A stretch of DNA of 55,751 nt, counting the filler, from Sluysia triapertura (lineage: Eukaryota): the NCBI GenBank assembly GCA_046118255.1. It is 4 parts of 4 records of this genome, joined end to end, with 100 filler letters (N's around TTAATTAATTAA, not from the genome) between each part and the next. Parts side by side here need not be neighbours in the genome. Positions count along the whole stretch, not along the records: positions 43,806 to 55,751 come from JBJNIA010154048.1; 3 more parts are not named here. One strand, given 5' to 3'. The notes beneath the pieces were generated by a model. That model was not told the origin of the DNA. It made no database searches and saw only the letters and a list, made by a program, of their open reading frames with translations. Shown here in pieces: positions 54,692-55,751 of this stretch (position 1 is its first letter; every line of letters starts with the position of its first letter). The translations under genes were made by a program, and so were the position numbers.

Positions 54692-55580
54692 GTAAATTTT
54701 ATTGTACATTAATTAATTAATTAATTAAAGCAACATCTATCCAGAACTAACTTGAATCGTAAGGTTTTGTTGCATTTTAAGAAACAATATAAAAACTCAA
54801 AATAGATATATTTGAACATGAGATATTGAAGTTCTGTTACAACAATTTCTTGATATGTTTACAGTTACCGTCGATCATTACATCGATCCTATTCGAAATA
54901 TCTCCAATTTTCCATGTTAACTCAAGAATTGGTCGAATTGTTTAGGTTTTCTAGAGCCAATAATTAAGGTGAATAAGGTTTAGTTTTTCTCGAGAAGTGA
55001 CTCATACTGCTCCAAACGTTTATCTGAGTCATTCTGGCTAAATGTGGAAGAGCATCTGATTTTGTTGACTTCTTCTACAAGATCATCGATTGTGTTCTCT
55101 AAGGATAAAGCTTCATTCGCCACAGGGTGTATTACTCTGATGATTTTGAAATACCTATCTCATTAATCAGGTAGACAGTTGTCAAAGTTTTCAACTGAGT
55201 TTTCTCTTTCTATTTGATGCTCAGATAATGGGTTTCTGTCTTGAGCTCCTTTTAAGGTAGAGTCAGATTGCCGTGTTGGGTTTTTCTTCTTGCCAAAGTG
55301 ACTTATTTAAAAGAAAACAAATATTGGTAAACTTCATAATATATTAATTATAATTTTAAGTTTAATAATTATATACGAAAAAAAGAAATTTCACAATTCA
55401 CAGCAGTGTGTATTTAGAGTTGTTTTGTTATTTTATTTTTACTATTACAATATGCAATAATTACAATTATAATTTCCATTTATAATTTGATTATTAATAA
55501 TCTGACTTGTGAATTATATTTACTGTTTGATATTATTAAATTGTACGAGATTTATTGTATAAATTAATAATTTATAATTA

Positions 55581-55672
55581 TTAGTAGTAGTGGCAGTAAT
55601 GATAATAGTAGTAATACTACTAGTAGTAGTAGAAGTAGAAGTAGTAGTAGTAGTAAGAGTAGAAGTAGAAGT

Positions 55673-55751
<79 letters not shown>
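55581..55751. repeat. Compound (TAG)n/(TAA)n microsatellite
   Basis: Direct observation. Confidence 0.9.

Overview
Very AT-rich animal nuclear DNA with spliceosomal introns. The window is four pieces joined by artificial 100-nt N/TTAATTAATTAA/N linkers, plus one sized gap. Recognisable host genes are an internal frizzled/sFRP CRD exon, the 3' exons of macoilin, three internal exons of UBR4, a head-to-head pair (MFSD11/UNC93-like transporter and a probable C2-domain protein), and a decayed CCA-adding enzyme (TRNT1-like) copy. Much of the rest is transposon debris (mariner/Tc1, IS630-like, piggyBac, Gypsy pol). Two things are not explained by standard features. (1) A dispersed family of large cassettes appears five times (A 1-1713 +, B from 1714 +, C to 43705 -, D from 51494 -, weaker E from 20124 -). 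B, D and E start with TGTAGTGGC(C/TC)AAC; A, B, D and E have a long G-depleted leader; A-D have a GTCATCAGT motif and an inverted pair of CCAAT boxes spanning 51-54 bp. Each then carries different, mostly orphan, cargo. (2) A ~120-156 bp TGTT...AACA element with a 4-bp target duplication carries an internal tRNA-Ala-like sequence. All protein identifications are from motif recall, not database searches.
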